Shown piece by piece: positions 27,701 through 42,400 of a stretch of 64,000 bases of DNA (its first letter is position 1; the number at the start of each line of letters is the position of its first letter). Under the pieces are notes generated by a model. The model was not told the origin of the DNA, searched no databases, and saw only the letters and a list, made by a program, of their open reading frames with translations. The position numbers and the translations under genes are program-made. This DNA comes from Balanoglossus misakiensis (Eukaryota; Animalia; Hemichordata): NCBI GenBank assembly GCA_040954595.2, contig CM082585.2, positions 3,626,902 through 3,690,901 on the forward strand, in the 5' to 3' direction.

Positions 27701-28900
27701 TTAAACAGGCGTGGTATATAACGCATAGGGATAGGAGAAGGGCGGGCGGAAAGCGGTCGTGTGTCTGAGCTACCCCGGCGAGACCTCGCACAAATCCCCG
27801 CCGAGTTAGAAAGGGAACTCGCGGTGTCGTTCATCAAGCAGGCGTGGTATATAACGCATAGGGATAGGAGAAGGGCGGGCGGAAAGCGGTCGTGTGTCTG
27901 AGCTTCTCCGGCGAGACCTCGCACAAATCCCCGACGAGTTAGAAAGGGAACTCGTGGTGTCGTTCATTAAATAGGCGTGGTATATAACGCATAGGGATAG
28001 GAGAAGGGCGGGCGGAAAGCGGTCGTGTGTCTGAGCTTCCCCGGCGAGACCTCGCACAAATCCCCGACGAGTTAGAAAGGGAACTCGCTGTGTCGTTCAT
28101 TAAGCAGGCGTGGTATATAACGCATAGGGATAGGAGAATGGCGGAAAGCGGTCGTGTGTCTGAGCTTCCCCGGCGAGACCTCGCACAAATCCCCGACAAG
28201 TTAGAAAGGGAACTCGTGGTGTCGTTCATTAAACAGGCGTGGTATATAACGCTTAGGGATAGGAGAAGGGCGGGCGGAAAGCGGTCGTGTGTCTGAGCTA
28301 CCCCGGCGAGACCTCGCACAAATCCCCGCCGAGTTAGAAAGGGAACTCGCGGTGTCGTTCATCAAGCAGGCGTGGTATATAACGCATAGGGATAGGAGAA
28401 GGGCGGGCTGAAAGCGGTCGTGTGTCTGAGCTTCTCCGGCGAGACCTCGCACAAATCCCCGACGAGTTAGAAAGGGAACTCGTGGTGTCGTTCATTAAAT
28501 AGGCGTGGTATATAACGCATAGGGATAGGAGAAGGGCGGGCGGAAAGCGGTCGTGTGTCTGAGCTTCCCCGGCGAGACCTCGCACAAATCCCCGACGAGT
28601 TAGAAAGGGAACTCGCTGTGTCGTTCATTAAGCAGGCGTGGTATATAACGCATAGGGATAGGAGAATGGCGGAAAGCGGTCGTGTGTCTGAGCTTCCCCG
28701 GCGAGACCTCGCACAAATCCCCGACAAGTTAGAAAGGGAACTCGTGGTGTCGTTCATTAAACAGGCGTGGTATATAACGCTTAGGGATAGGAGAAGGGCG
28801 GGCGGAAAGCGGTCGTGTGTCTGAGCTTCTCCGGCGAGACCTCGCACAAATCCCCGACGAGTTAGAAAGGGAACTCGCGGTGTCGTTCATTAAGCAGGCG
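6200..28900. repeat. 12.2-kb duplication (offset 12195-12196 bp, about 92 monomers)
   Basis: Diagnostic monomers recur at a constant offset, visible in the ORF track: 7793/19988, 10047/22242, 11106/23301, 12959/25154, 16005/28201. Boundaries approximate. Confidence 0.88.
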
Positions 28901-31900
28901 TGGTATATAACGCATATGGATAGGAGAATGGTGGAAAGCGGTCGTGTGTCTGAGCTTCCCCGGCGAGACCTCGCACAAATCCCCGCCGAGTTAGAAAGGG
29001 AACTCGCGGTGTCGTTCATCAAGCAGGCGTGGTATATAACGCATAGGGATAGGAGAAGGGCGGGCGGAAAGCGGTCGTGTGTCTGAGCTTCTCCGGCGAG
29101 ACCTCGCACAAATCCCCGACGAGTTAGAAAGGGAACTCGTGGTGTCGTTCATTAAATAGGCGTGGTATATAACGCATAGGGATAGGAGAAGGGCGGGCGG
29201 AAAGCGGTCGTGTGTCTGAGCTTCCCCGGCGAGACCTCGCACAAATCCCCGACGAGTTAGAAAGGGAACTCGCTGTGTCGTTCATTAAGCAGGCGTGGTA
29301 TATAACGCATAGGGATAGGAGAATGGCGGAAAGCGGTCGTGTGTCTGAGCTTCCCCGGCGAGACCTCGCACAAATCCCCGACAAGTTAGAAAGGGAACTC
29401 GTGGTGTCGTTCATTAAACAGGCGTGGTATATAACGCTTAGGGATAGGAGAAGGGCGGGCGGAAAGCGGTCGTGTGTCTGAGCTACCCCGGCGAGACCTC
29501 GCACAAATCCCCGCCGAGTTAGAAAGGGAACTCGCGGTGTCGTTCATCAAGCAGGCGTGGTATATAACGCATAGGGATAGGAGAAGGGCGGGCTGAAAGC
29601 GGTCGTGTGTCTGAGCTTCTCCGGCGAGACCTCGCACAAATCCCCGACGAGTTAGAAAGTGAACTCGTGGTGTCGTTCATTAAATAGGCGTGGTATATAA
29701 CGCATAGGGATAGGAGAAGGGCGGGCGGAAAGCGGTCGTGTGTCTGAGCTTCTCCGGCGAGACCTCGCACAAATCCCCGACGAGTTAGAAAGGGAACTCG
29801 CTGTGTCGTTCATTAAGCAGGCGTGGTATATAACGCATAGGGATAGGAGAATGGCGGAAAGCGGTCGTGTGTCTGAGCTTCCCCGGCGAGACCTCGCACA
29901 AATCCCCGACAAGTTAGAAAGGGAACTCGTGGTGTCGTTCATTAAACAGGCGTGGTATATAACGCTTAGGGATAGGAGAAGGGCGGGCGGAAAGCGGTCG
30001 TGTGTCTGAGCTTCTCCGGCGAGACCTCGCACAAATCCCCGACGAGTTAGAAAGGGAACTCGCGGTGTCGTTCATTAAGCAGGCGTGGTATATAACGCAT
30101 ATGGATAGGAGAATGGTGGAAAGCGGTCGTGTGTCTGAGCTTCCCCGGCGAGACCTCGCACAAATCCCCGACAAGTTAGAAAGGGAACTCGCAGTGTCGT
30201 TCATTAAGCAGGCGTGGAATATAAGGCATAGGGATAGGAGAAGGGTGGGCGGAAACGGTCGTGTGTCTGAGCTTCTCCGGCGAGACCTCGCACAAATCCC
30301 CGCCGAGTTAGAAAGGGAACTCGCGGTGTCGTTCATTAATCAGGCGTGGTATATAACGCATAGGGATAGGAGAAGGGCGGGCGGAAAGCGGTCGTGTGTC
30401 TGAGCTTCTCCGGCGAGACCTCGCACAAATCCCCGGCGAGTTAGAAAGGGAACTCGCAGTGTCGTTCATTAAGCAGGCGTGGTATATAACGCATAGGGAT
30501 AGGAGAAGGGCGGGCGGAAAGCGGTCGTGTGTCTGAGCTTCTCCGGCGAGACCTCGCACAATTCCCCGACGAGATAGAAAGGGAACTCGCGGTGTCGTTC
30601 ATTAAGCAGGCGTGGTATATAACGCATAGGGATAGGAGAAGGGCGGGCGGAAAGCCGTCGTGTGTCTGAGCTTCTCCGGCGAGACCTCGCACAAATCCCC
30701 GGCGAGTTAGAAAGGGAACTCGCAGTGTCGTTCATTAAGCAGGCGTGGTATATAACGCATAGGGATAGGAGAAGGGCGGGCGGAGAGCGGTCGTGTGTCT
30801 GAGCTTCTCCGGCGAGACCTCGCACAAATCCCCGACGAGTTAGAAAGGGAACTCTTGGTGTCGTTCATTAAACAGGCGTGGTATATAACGCATAGGGATA
30901 GGAGAAGGGCGGGCGGAAAGCGGTCGTGTGTCTGAGCTTCTCCGGCGAGACCTCGCACAAATCCCCGACGAGTTAGAAAGGGAACTCGTGGTGTCGTTCA
31001 TTAAACAGGCGTGGTATATAACGCATAGGGATAGAAGAAGGGCGGGCGGAAAGCGGTCGTGTGTCTGAGCTTCTCCGGCGAGACCTCGCACAAATCCCCG
31101 ACGAGTTAGAAAGGGAACTCGTGGTGTCGTTCATTAAACAGGCGTGGTATATAACGCATAGGGATAGGAGAAGGGCGGGCGGAAAGCGGTCGTGTGTCTG
31201 AGCTACCCCGGCGAGACCTCGCACAAATCCCCGCCGAGTTAGAAAGGGAACTCGCGGTGTCGTTCATCAAGCAGGCGTGGTATATAACGCATAGGGATAG
31301 GAGAAGGGCGGGCGGAAAGCGGTCGTATGTCTGAGCTTCCCCGGCGAGACCTCGCACAAATCCCCGACGAGTTAGAAAGGGAACTCGCTGTGTCGTTCAT
31401 TAAGCAGGCGTGGTATATAACGCATAGGGATAGGAGAATGGCGGAAAGCGGTCGTGTGTCTGAGCTTCCCCGGCGAGACCTCGCACAAATCCCCGACAAG
31501 TTAGAAAGGGAACTCGTGGTGTCGTTCATTAAACAGGCGTGGTATATAACGCTTAGGGATAGGAGAAGGGCGGGCGGAAAGCGGTCGTGTGTCTGAGCTT
31601 CTCCGGCGAGACCTCGCACAAATCCCCGACGAGTTAGAAAGGGAACTCGTGGTGTCGTTCATCAAGCAGGCGTGGTATATAACGCATAGGGATAGGAGAA
31701 GGGCGGGCTGAAAGCGGTCGTGTGTCTGAGCTTCTCCGGCGAGACCTCGCACAAATCCCCGACGAGTTAGAAAGGGAACTCGTGGTGTCGTTCATTAAAT
31801 AGGCGTGGTATATAACGCATAGGGATAGGAGAAGGGCGGGCGGAAAGCGGTCGTGTGTCTGAGCTTCCCCGGCGAGACCTCGCACAAATCCCCGACGAGT

Positions 31901-33489
31901 TAGAAAGGGAACTCGCTGTGTCGTTCATTAAGCAGGCGTGGTATATAACGCATAGGGATAGGGGAATGGCGGAAAGCGGTCGTGTGTCTGAGCTTCCCCG
32001 GCGAGACCTCGCACAAATCCCCGACAAGTTAGAAAGGGAACTCGTGGTGTCGTTCATTAAACAGGCGTGGTATATAACGCTTGGGGATAGGAGAAGGGCG
32101 GGCGGAAAGCGGTCGTGTGTCTGAGCTTCTCCGGCGAGACCTCGCACAAATCCCCGACGAGTTAGAAAGGGAACTCGCGGTGTCGTTCATTAAGCAGGCG
32201 TGGTATATAACGCATATGGATAGGAGAATGGTGGAAAGCGGTCGTGTGTCTGAGCTTCCCCGGCGAGACCTCGCACAAATCCCCGACAAGTTAGAAAGGG
32301 AACTCGCAGTGTCGTTCATTAAGCAGGCGTGGAATATAAGGCATAGGGATAGGAGAAGGGTGGGCGGAAACGGTCGTGTGTCTGAGCTTCTCCGGCGAGA
32401 CCTCGCACAAATCCCCGCCGAGTTAGAAAGGGAACTCGCGGTGTCGTTCATTAATCAGGCGTGGTATATAACGCATAGGGATAGGAGAAGGGCGGGCGGA
32501 AAGCGGTCATGTGTCTGAGCTTCTCCGGCGAGACCTCGCACAAATCCCCGGCGAGTTAGAAAGGGAACTCGCAGTGTCGTTCATTAAGCAGGCGTGGTAT
32601 ATAACGCATAGGGATAGGAGAAGGGCGGGCGGAAAGCGGTCGTGTGTCTGAGCTTCTCCGGCGAGACCTCGCACAATTCCCCGACGAGATAGAAAGGGAA
32701 CTCGCGGTGTCGTTCATTAAGCAGGCGTGGTATATAACGCATAGGGATAGGAGAAGGGCGGGCGGAAAGCCGTCGTGTGTCTGAGCTTCTCCGGCGAGAC
32801 CTCGCACAAATCCCCGCCGAGTTAGAAAGGGAACTCGCGGTGTCGTTCATTAAGCAGGCGTGGTATATAACGCATAGGGATAGGAGAAGGGCGGGCGGAA
32901 AGCGGTCGTGTGTCTGAGCTTCTCCGGCGAGACCTCGCACAAATCCCCGGCGAGTTAGAAAGGGAACTCGCAGTGTCGTTCATTAAGCAGGCGTGGTATA
33001 TAACGCATAGGGATAGGAGAAGGGCGGGCGGAGAGCGGTCGTGTGTCTGAGCTTCTCCGGCGAGACCTCGCACAAATCCCCGACGAGTTAGAAAGGGAAC
33101 TCTTGGTGTCGTTCATTAAACAGGCGTGGTATATAACGCATAGGGATAGGAGAAGGGCGGGCGGAAAGCGGTCGTGTGTCTGAGCTTCTCCGGCGAGACC
33201 TCGCACAAATCCCCGACGAGTTAGAAAGGGAACTCGTGGTGTCGTTCATTAAACAGGCGTGGTATATAACGCATAGGGATAGAAGAAGGGCGGGCGGAAA
33301 GCGGTCGTGTGTCTGAGCTTCTCCGGCGAGACCTCGCACAAATCCCCGACGAGTTAGAAAGGGAACTCGTGGTGTCGTTCATTAAACAGGCGTGGTATAT
33401 AACGCATAGGGATAGGAGAAGGGCGGGCGGAAAGCGGTCGTGTGTCTGAGCTACCCCGGCGAGACCTCGCACAAATCCCCGCCGAGTTA

Positions 33490-36400
33490 GAAAGGGAACT
33501 CGCGGTGTCGTTCATCAAGCAGGCGTGGTATATAACGCATAGGGATAGGAGAAGGGCGGGCGGAAAGCGGTCGTGTGTCTGAGCTTCCCCGGCGAGACCT
33601 CGCACAAATCCCCGACGAGTTAGAAAGGGAACTCGCTGTGTCGTTCATTAAGCAGGCGTGGTATATAACGCATAGGGATAGGAGAATGGCGGAAAGCGGT
33701 CGTGTGTCTGAGCTTCCCCGGCGAGACCTCGCACAAATCCCCGACAAGTTAGAAAGGGAACTCGTGGTGTCGTTCATTAAACAGGCGTGGTATATAACGC
33801 TTAGGGATAGGAGAAGGGCGGGCGGAAAGCGGTCGTGTGTCTGAGCTTCTCCGGCGAGACCTCGCACAAATCCCCGACGAGTTAGAAAGGGAACTCGTGG
33901 TGTCGTTCATTAAACAGGCGTGGTATATAACGCATAGGGATAGGAGAAGGGCGGGCGGAAAGCGGTCGTGTGTCTGAGCTTCTCCGGCGAGACCTCGCAC
34001 AAATCCCCGGCGAGTTAGAAAGGGAACTCGCAGTGTCGTTCATTAAGCAGGCGTGGTATATAACGCATAGGGATAGGAGAAGGGCGGGCGGAGAGCGGTC
34101 GTGTGTCTGAGCTTCTCCGGCGAGACCTCGCACAAATCCCCGACGAGTTAGAAAGGGAACTCTTGGTGTCGTTCATTAAACAGGCGTGGTATATAACGCA
34201 TAGGGATAGGAGAAGGGCGGGCGGAAAGCGGTCGTGTGTCTGAGCTTCTCCGGCGAGACCTCGCACAAATCCCCGACGAGTTAGAAAGGGAACTCGTGGT
34301 GTCGTTCATTAAACAGGCGTGGTATATAACGCATAGGGATAGAAGAAGGGCGGGCGGAAAGCGGTCGTGTGTCTGAGCTTCTCCGGCGAGACCTCGCACA
34401 AATCCCCGACGAGTTAGAAAGGGAACTCGTGGTGTCGTTCATTAAACAGGCGTGGTATATAACGCATAGGGATAGGAGAAGGGCGGGCGGAAAGCGGTCG
34501 TGTGTCTGAGCTACCCCGGCGAGACCTCGCACAAATCCCCGCCGAGTTAGAAAGGGAACTCGCGGTGTCGTTCATCAAGCAGGCGTGGTATATAACGCAT
34601 AGGGATAGGAGAAGGGCGGGCGGAAAGCGGTCGTGTGTCTGAGCTTCTCCGGCGAGACCTCGCACAAATCCCCGACGAGTTAGAAAGGGAACTCGTGGTG
34701 TCGTTCATTAAATAGGCGTGGTATATAACGCATAGGGATAGGAGAAGGGCGGTCGGAAAGCGGTCGTGTGTCTGAGCTTCCCCGGCGAGACCTCGCACAA
34801 ATCCCCGACGAGTTAGAAAGGGAACTCGCTGTGTCGTTCATTAAGCAGGCGTGGTATATAACGCATAGGGATAGGAGAATGGCGGAAAGCGGTCGTGTGT
34901 CTGAGCTTCCCCGGCGAGACCTCGCACAAATCCCCGACAAGTTAGAAAGGGAACTCGTGGTGTCGTTCATTAAACAGGCGTGGTATATAACGCTTAGGGA
35001 TAGGAGAAGGGCGGGCGGAAAGCGGTCGTGTGTCTGAGCTACCCCGGCGAGACCTCGCACAAATCCCCGCCGAGTTAGAAAGGGAACTCGCGGTGTCGTT
35101 CATCAAGCAGGCGTGGTATATAACGCATAGGGATAGGAGAAGGGCGGGCTGAAAGCGGTCGTGTGTCTGAGCTTCTCCGGCGAGACCTCGCACAAATCCC
35201 CGACGAGTTAGAAAGGGAACTCGTGGTGTCGTTCATTAAATAGGCGTGGTATATAACGCATAGGGATAGGAGAAGGGCGGGCGGAAAGCGGTCGTGTGTC
35301 TGAGCTTCCCCGGCGAGACCTCGCACAAATCCCCGACGAGTTAGAAAGGGAACTCGCTGTGTCGTTCATTAAGCAGGCGTGGTATATAACGCATAGGGAT
35401 AGGAGAATGGCGGAAAGCGGTCGTGTGTCTGAGCTTCCCTGGCGAGACCTCGCACAAATCCCCGACAAGTTAGAAAGGGAACTCGTGGTGTCGTTCATTA
35501 AACAGGCGTGGTATATAACGCTTAGGGATAGGAGAAGGGCGGGCGGAAAGCGGTCGTGTGTCTGAGCTTCTCCGACGAGACCTCGCACAAATCCCCGACG
35601 AGTTAGAAAGGAAACTCGCGGTGTCGTTCATTAAGCAGGCGTTGTATATAACGCATATGGATAGGAGAATGGTGGAAAGCGGTCGTGTGTCTGAGCTTCC
35701 CCGGCGAGACCTCGCACAAATCCCCGACAAGTTAGAAAGGGAACTCGCAGTGTCGTTCATTAAGCAGGCGTGGAATATAAGGCATAGGGATAGGAGAAGG
35801 GTGGGCGGAAACGGTCGTGTGTCTGAGCTTCTCCGGCGAGACCTCGCACAAATCCCCGCCGAGTTAGAAAGGGAACTCGCGGTGTCGTTCATTAATCAGG
35901 CGTGGTATATAACGCATAGGGATAGGAGAAGGGCGGGCGGAAAGCGGTCGTGTGTCTGAGCTTCTCCGGCGAGACCTCGCACAAATCCCCGGCGAGTTAG
36001 AAAGGGAACTCGCAGTGTCGTTCATTAAGCAGGCGTGGTATATAACGCATAGGGATAGGAGAAGGGCGGGCGGAAAGCGGTCGTGTGTCTGAGCTTCTCC
36101 GGCGAGACCTCGCACAATTCCCCGACGAGATAGAAAGGGAACTCGCGGTGTCGTTCATTAAGCAGGCGTGGTATATAACGCATAGGGATAGGAGAAGGGC
36201 GGGCGGAAAGCCGTCGTGTGTCTGAGCTTCTCCGGCGAGACCTCGCACAAATCCCCGCCGAGTTAGAAAGGGAACTCGCGGTGTCGTTCATTAAGCAGGC
36301 GTGGTATATAACGCATAGGGATAGGAGAAGGGCGGGCGGAAAGCGGTCGTGTGTCTGAGCTTCTCCGGCGAGACCTCGCACAAATCCCCGGCGAGTTAGA

Positions 36401-39400
36401 AAGGGAACTCGCAGTGTCGTTCATTAAGCAGGCGTGGTATATAACGCATAGGGATAGGAGAAGGGCGGGCGGAGAGCGGTCGTGTGTCTGAGCTTCTCCG
36501 GTGAGACCTCGCACAAATCCCCGACGAGTTAGAAAGGGAACTCTTGGTGTCGTTCATTAAACAGGCGTGGTATATAACGCATAGGGATAGGAGAAGGGCG
36601 GGCGGAAAGCGGTCGTGTGTCTGAGCTTCTCCGGCGAGACCTCGCACAAATCCCCGACGAGTTAGAAAGGGAACTCGTGGTGTCGTTCATTAAACAGGCG
36701 TGGTATATAACGCATAGGGATAGAAGAAGGGCGGGCGGAAAGCGGTCGTGTGTCTGAGCTTCTCCGGCGAGACCTCGCACAAATCCCCGACGAGTTAGAA
36801 AGGGAACTCGTGGTGTCGTTCATTAAACAGGCGTGGTATATAACGCATAGGGATAGGAGAAGGGCGGGCGGAAAGCGGTCGTGTGTCTGAGCTACCCCGG
36901 CGAGACCTCGCACAAATCCCCGCCGAGTTAGAAAGGGAACTCGCGGTGTCGTTCATCAAGCAGGCGTGGTATATAACGCATAGGGATAGGAGAAGGGCGG
37001 GCGGAAAGCGGTCGTGTGTCTAAGCTTCTCCGGCGAGACCTCGCACAAATCCCCGACGAGTTAGAAAGGGAACTCGTGGTGTCGTTCATTAAATAGGCGT
37101 GGTGTATAACGCATAGGGATAGGAGAAGGGCGGGCGGAAAGCGGTCGTGTGTCTGAGCTTCCCCGGCGAGACCTCGCACAAATCCCCGACGAGTTAGAAA
37201 GGGAACTCGCTGTGTCGTTCATTAAGCAGGCGTGGTATATAACGCATAGGGATAGGAGAATGGCGGAAAGCGGTCGTGTGTCTGAGCTTCCCCGGCGAGA
37301 CCTCGCACAAATCCCCGACAAGTTAGAAAGGGAACTCGTGGTGTCGTTCATTAAACAGGCGTGGTATATAACGCTTAGGGATAGGAGAAGGGCGGGCGGA
37401 AAGCGGTCGTGTGTCTGAGCTTCTCCGGCGAGACCTCGCACAAATCCCCGACGAGTTAGAAAGGGAACTCGTGGTGTCGTTCATTAAACAGGCGTGGTAT
37501 ATAACGCATAGGGATAGGAGAAGGGCGGGCGGAAAGCGGTCGTGTGTCTGAGCTTCTCCGGCGAGACCTCGCACAAATCCCCGGCGAGTTAGAAAGGGAA
37601 CTCGCAGTGTCGTTCATTAAGCAGGCGTGGTATATAACGCATAGGGATAGGAGAAGGGCGGGCGGAGAGCGGTCGTGTGTCTGAGCTTCTCCGGCGAGAC
37701 CTCGCACAAATCCCCGACGAGTTAGAAAGGGAACTCTTGGTGTCGTTCATTAAACAGGCGTGGTATATAAGGCATAGGGATAGGAGAAGGGTGGGCGGAA
37801 ACGGTCGTGTGTCTGAGCTTCTCCGGCGAGACCTCGCACAAATCCCCGCCGAGTTAGAAAGGGAACTCGCGGTGTCGTTCATTAATCAGGCGTGGTATAT
37901 AACGCATAGGGATAGGAGAAGGGCGGGCGGAAAGCGGTCGTGTGTCTGAGCTTCTCCGGCGAGACCTCGCACAAATCCCCGGCGAGTTAGAAAGGGAACT
38001 CGCAGTGTCGTTCATTAAGAAGGCGTGGAATATAAGGCATAGGGATAGGAGAAGGGTGGGCGGAAACGGTCGTGTGTCTGAGCTTCTCCGGCGAGACCTC
38101 GCACAAATCCCCGCCGAGTTAGAAAGGGAACTCGCGGTGTCGTTCATTAATCAGGCGTGGTATATAACGCATAGGGATAGGAGAAGGGCGGGCGGAAAGC
38201 GGTCGTGTGTCTGAGCTTCTCCGGCGAGACCTCGCACAAATCCCCGGCGAGTTAGAAAGGGAACTCGCAGTGTCGTTCATTAAGCAGGCGTGGTATATAA
38301 CGCATAGGGATAGGAGAAGGGCGGGCGGAAAGCGGTCGTGTGTCTGAGCTTCTCCGGCGAGACCTCGCACAATTCCCCGACGAGATAGAAAGGGAACTCG
38401 CGGTGTCGTTCATTAAGCAGGCGTGGTATATAACGCATAGGGATAGGAGAAGGGCGGGCGGAAAGCCGTCGTGTGTCTGAGCTTCTCCGGCGAGACCTCG
38501 CACAAATCCCCGCCGAGTTAGAAAGGGAACTCGCGGTGTCGTTCATTAAGCAGGCGTGGTATATAACGCATAGGGATAGGAGAAGGGCGGGCGGAAAGCG
38601 GTCGTGTGTCTGAGCTTCTCCGGCGAGACCTCGCACAAATCCCCGGCGAGTTAGAAAGGGAACTCGCAGTGTCGTTCATTAAGCAGGCGTGGTATATAAC
38701 GCATAGGGATAGGAGAAGGGCGGGCGGAAACGGTCGTGTGTCTGAGCTTCTCCGGCGAGACCTCGCACAAATCCCCGCCGAGTTAGAAAGGGAACTCGCG
38801 GTGTCGTTCATTAATCAGGCGTGGTATATAACGCATAGGGATAGGAGAAGGGCGGGCGGAAAGCGGTCGTGTGTCTGAGCTTCTCCGGCGAGACCTCGCA
38901 CAAATCCCCGGCGAGTTAGAAAGGGAACTCGCAGTGTCGTTCATTAAGCAGGCGTGGTATATAACGCATAGGGATAGGAGAAGGGCGGGCGGAAAGCGGT
39001 CGTGTGTCTGAGCTTCTCCGGCGAGACCTCGCACAATTCCCCGACGAGATAGAAAGGGAACTCGCGGTGTCGTTCATTAAGCAGGCGTGGTATATAACGC
39101 ATAGGGATAGGAGAAGGGCGGGCGGAAAGCCGTCGTGTGTCTGAGCTTCTCCGGCGAGACCTCGCACAAATCCCCGCCGAGTTAGAAAGGGAACTCGCGG
39201 TGTCGTTCATTAAGCGGGCGTGGTATATAACGCATAGGGATAGGAGAAGGGCGGGCGGAAAGCGGTCGTGTGTCTGAGCTTCTCCGGCGAGACCTCGCAC
39301 AAATCCCCGGCGAGTTAGAAAGGGAACTCGCAGTGTCGTTCATTAAGCAGGCGTGGTATATAACGCATAGGGATAGGAGAAGGGCGGGCGGAGAGCGGTC

Positions 39401-42400
39401 GTGTGTCTGAGCTTCTCCGGCGAGACCTCGCACAAATCCCCGACGAGTTAGAAAGGGAACTCTTGGTGTCGTTCATTAAACAGGCGTGGTATATAACGCA
39501 TAGGGATAGGAGAAGGGCGGGCGGAAAGCGGTCGTGTGTCTGAGCTTCTCCGGCGAGACCTCGCACAAATCCCCGCCGAGTTAGAAAGGGAACTCGCGGT
39601 GTCGTTCATCAAGCAGGCGTGGTATATAACGCATAGGGATAGGAGAAGGGCGGGCGGAAAGCGGTCGTGTGTCTGAGCTTCCCCGGCGAGACCTCGCACA
39701 AATCCCCGACGAGTTAGAAAGGGAACTCGCTGTGTCGTTCATTAAGCAGGCGTGGTATATAACGCATAGGGATAGGAGAATGGCGGAAAGCGGTCGTGTG
39801 TCTGAGCTTCCCCGGCGAGACCTCGCACAAATCCCCGACAAGTTAGAAAGGGAACTCGTGGTGTCGTTCATTAAACAGGCGTGGTATATAACGCTTAGGG
39901 ATAGGAGAAGGGCGGGCGGAAAGCGGTCGTGTGTCTGAGCTTCTCCGGCGAGACCTCGCACAAATCCCCGACGAGTTAGAAAGGGAACTCGTGGTGTCGT
40001 TCATTAAACAGGCGTGGTATATAACGCATAGGGATAGGAGAAGGGCGGGCGGAAAGCGGTCGTGTGTCTGAGCTTCTCCGGCGAGACCTCGCACAAATCC
40101 CCGGCGAGTTAGAAAGGGAACTCGCAGTGTCGTTCATTAAGCAGGCGTGGTATATAACGCATAGGTATAGGAGAAGGGCGGGCGGAGAGCGGTCGTGTGT
40201 CTGAGCTTCTCCGGCGAGACCTCGCACAAATCCCCGACGAGTTAGAAAGGGAACTCTTGGTGTCGTTCATTAAACAGGCGTGGTATATAACGCATAGGGA
40301 TAGGAGAAGGGCGGGCGGAAAGCGGTCGTGTGTCTGAGCTTCTCCGGCGAGACCTCGCACAAATCCCCGACGAGTTAGAAAGGGAACTCGTGGTGTCGTT
40401 CATTAAACAGGCGTGGTATATAACGCATAGGGATAGAAGAAGGGCGGGCGGAAAGCGGTCGTGTGTCTGAGCTTCTCCGGCGAGACCTCGCACAAATCCC
40501 CGACGAGTTAGAAAGGGAACTCGTGGTGTCGTTCATTAAACAGGCGTGGTATATAACGCATAGGGATAGGAGAAGGGCGGGCGGAAAGCGGTCGTGTGTC
40601 TGAGCTACCCCGGCGAGACCTCGCACAAATCCCCGCCGAGTTAGAAAGGGAACTCGCGGTGTCGTTCATCAAGCAGGCGTGGTATATAACGCATAGGGAT
40701 AGGAGAAGGGCGGGCGGAAAGCGGTCGTGTGTCTGAGCTTCTCCGGCGAGACCTCGCACAAATCCCCGACGAGTTAGAAAGGGAACTCGTGGTGTCGTTC
40801 ATTAAATAGGCGTGGTATATAACGCATAGGGATAGGAGAAGGGCGGTCGGAAAGCGGTCGTGTGTCTGAGCTTCCCCGGCGAGACCTCGCACAAATCCCC
40901 GACGAGTTAGAAAGGGAACTCGCTGTGTCGTTCATTAAGCAGGCGTGGTATATAACGAATAGGGATAGGAGAATGGCGGAAAGCGGTCGTGTGTCTGAGC
41001 TTCCCCGGCGAGACCTCGCACAAATCCCCGACAAGTTAGAAAGGGAACTCGTGGTGTCGTTCATTAAACAGGCGTGGTATATAACGCTTAGGGATAGGAG
41101 AAGGGCGGGCGGAAAGCGGTCGTGTGTCTGAGCTACCCCGGCGAGACCTCGCACAAATCCCCGCCGAGTTAGAAAGGGAACTCGCGGTGTCGTTCATCAA
41201 GCAGGCGTGGTATATAACGCATAGGGATAGGAGAAGGGCGGGCTGAAAGCGGTCGTGTGTCTGAGCTTCTCCGGCGAGACCTCGCACAAATCCCCGACGA
41301 GTTAGAAAGGGAACTCGTGGTGTCGTTCATTAAATAGGCGTGGTATATAACGCATAGGGATAGGAGAAGGGCGGGCGGAAAGCGGTCGTGTGTCTGAGCT
41401 TCCCCGGCGAGACCTCGCACAAATCCCCGACGAGTTAGAAAGGGAACTCGCTGTGTCGTTCATTAAGCAGGCGTGGTATATAACGCATAGGGATAGGAGA
41501 ATGGCGGAAAGCGGTCGTGTGTCTGAGCTTCCCCGGCGAGACCTCGCACAAATCCCCGACAAGTTAGAAAGGGAACTCGTGGTGTCGTTCATTAAACAGG
41601 CGTGGTATATAACGCTTAGGGATAGGAGAAGGGCGGGCGGAAAGCGGTCGTGTGTCTGAGCTTCTCCGGCGAGACCTCGCACAAATCCCCGACGAGTTAG
41701 AAAGGAAACTCGCGGTGTCGTTCATTAAGCAGGCGTGGTATGTAACGCATATGGATAGGAGAATGGTGGAAAGCGGTCGTGTGTCTGAGCTTCCCCGGCG
41801 AGACCTCGCACAAATCCCCGACAAGTTAGAAAGGGAACTCGCAGTGTCGTTCATTAAGCAGGCGTGGAATATAAGGCATAGGGATAGGAGAAGGGTGGGC
41901 GGAAACGGTCGTGTGTCTGAGCTTCTCCGGCGAGACCTCGCACAAATCCCCGCCGAGTTAGAAAGGGAACTCGCGGTGTCGTTCATTAATCAGGCGTGGT
42001 ATATAACGCATAGGGATAGGAGAAGGGCGGGCGGAAAGCGGTCGTGTGTCTGAGCTTCTCCGGCGAGACCTCGCACAAATCCCCGGCGAGTTAGAAAGGG
42101 AACTCGCAGTGTCGTCATTTAAGCAGGCGTGGTATATAACGCATAGGGATAGGAGAAGGGCGGGCGGAAAGCGGTCGTGTGTCTGAGCTTCTCCGGCGAG
42201 ACCTCGCACAATTCCCCGACGAGATAGAAAGGGAACTCGCGGTGTCGTTCATTAAGCAGGCGTGGTATATAACGCATAGGGATAGGAGAAGGGCGGGCGG
42301 AAAGCCGTCGTGTGTCTGAGCTTCTCCGGCGAGACCTCGCACAAATCCCCGCCGAGTTAGAAAGGGAACTCGCGGTGTCGTTCATTAAGCAGGCGTGGTA

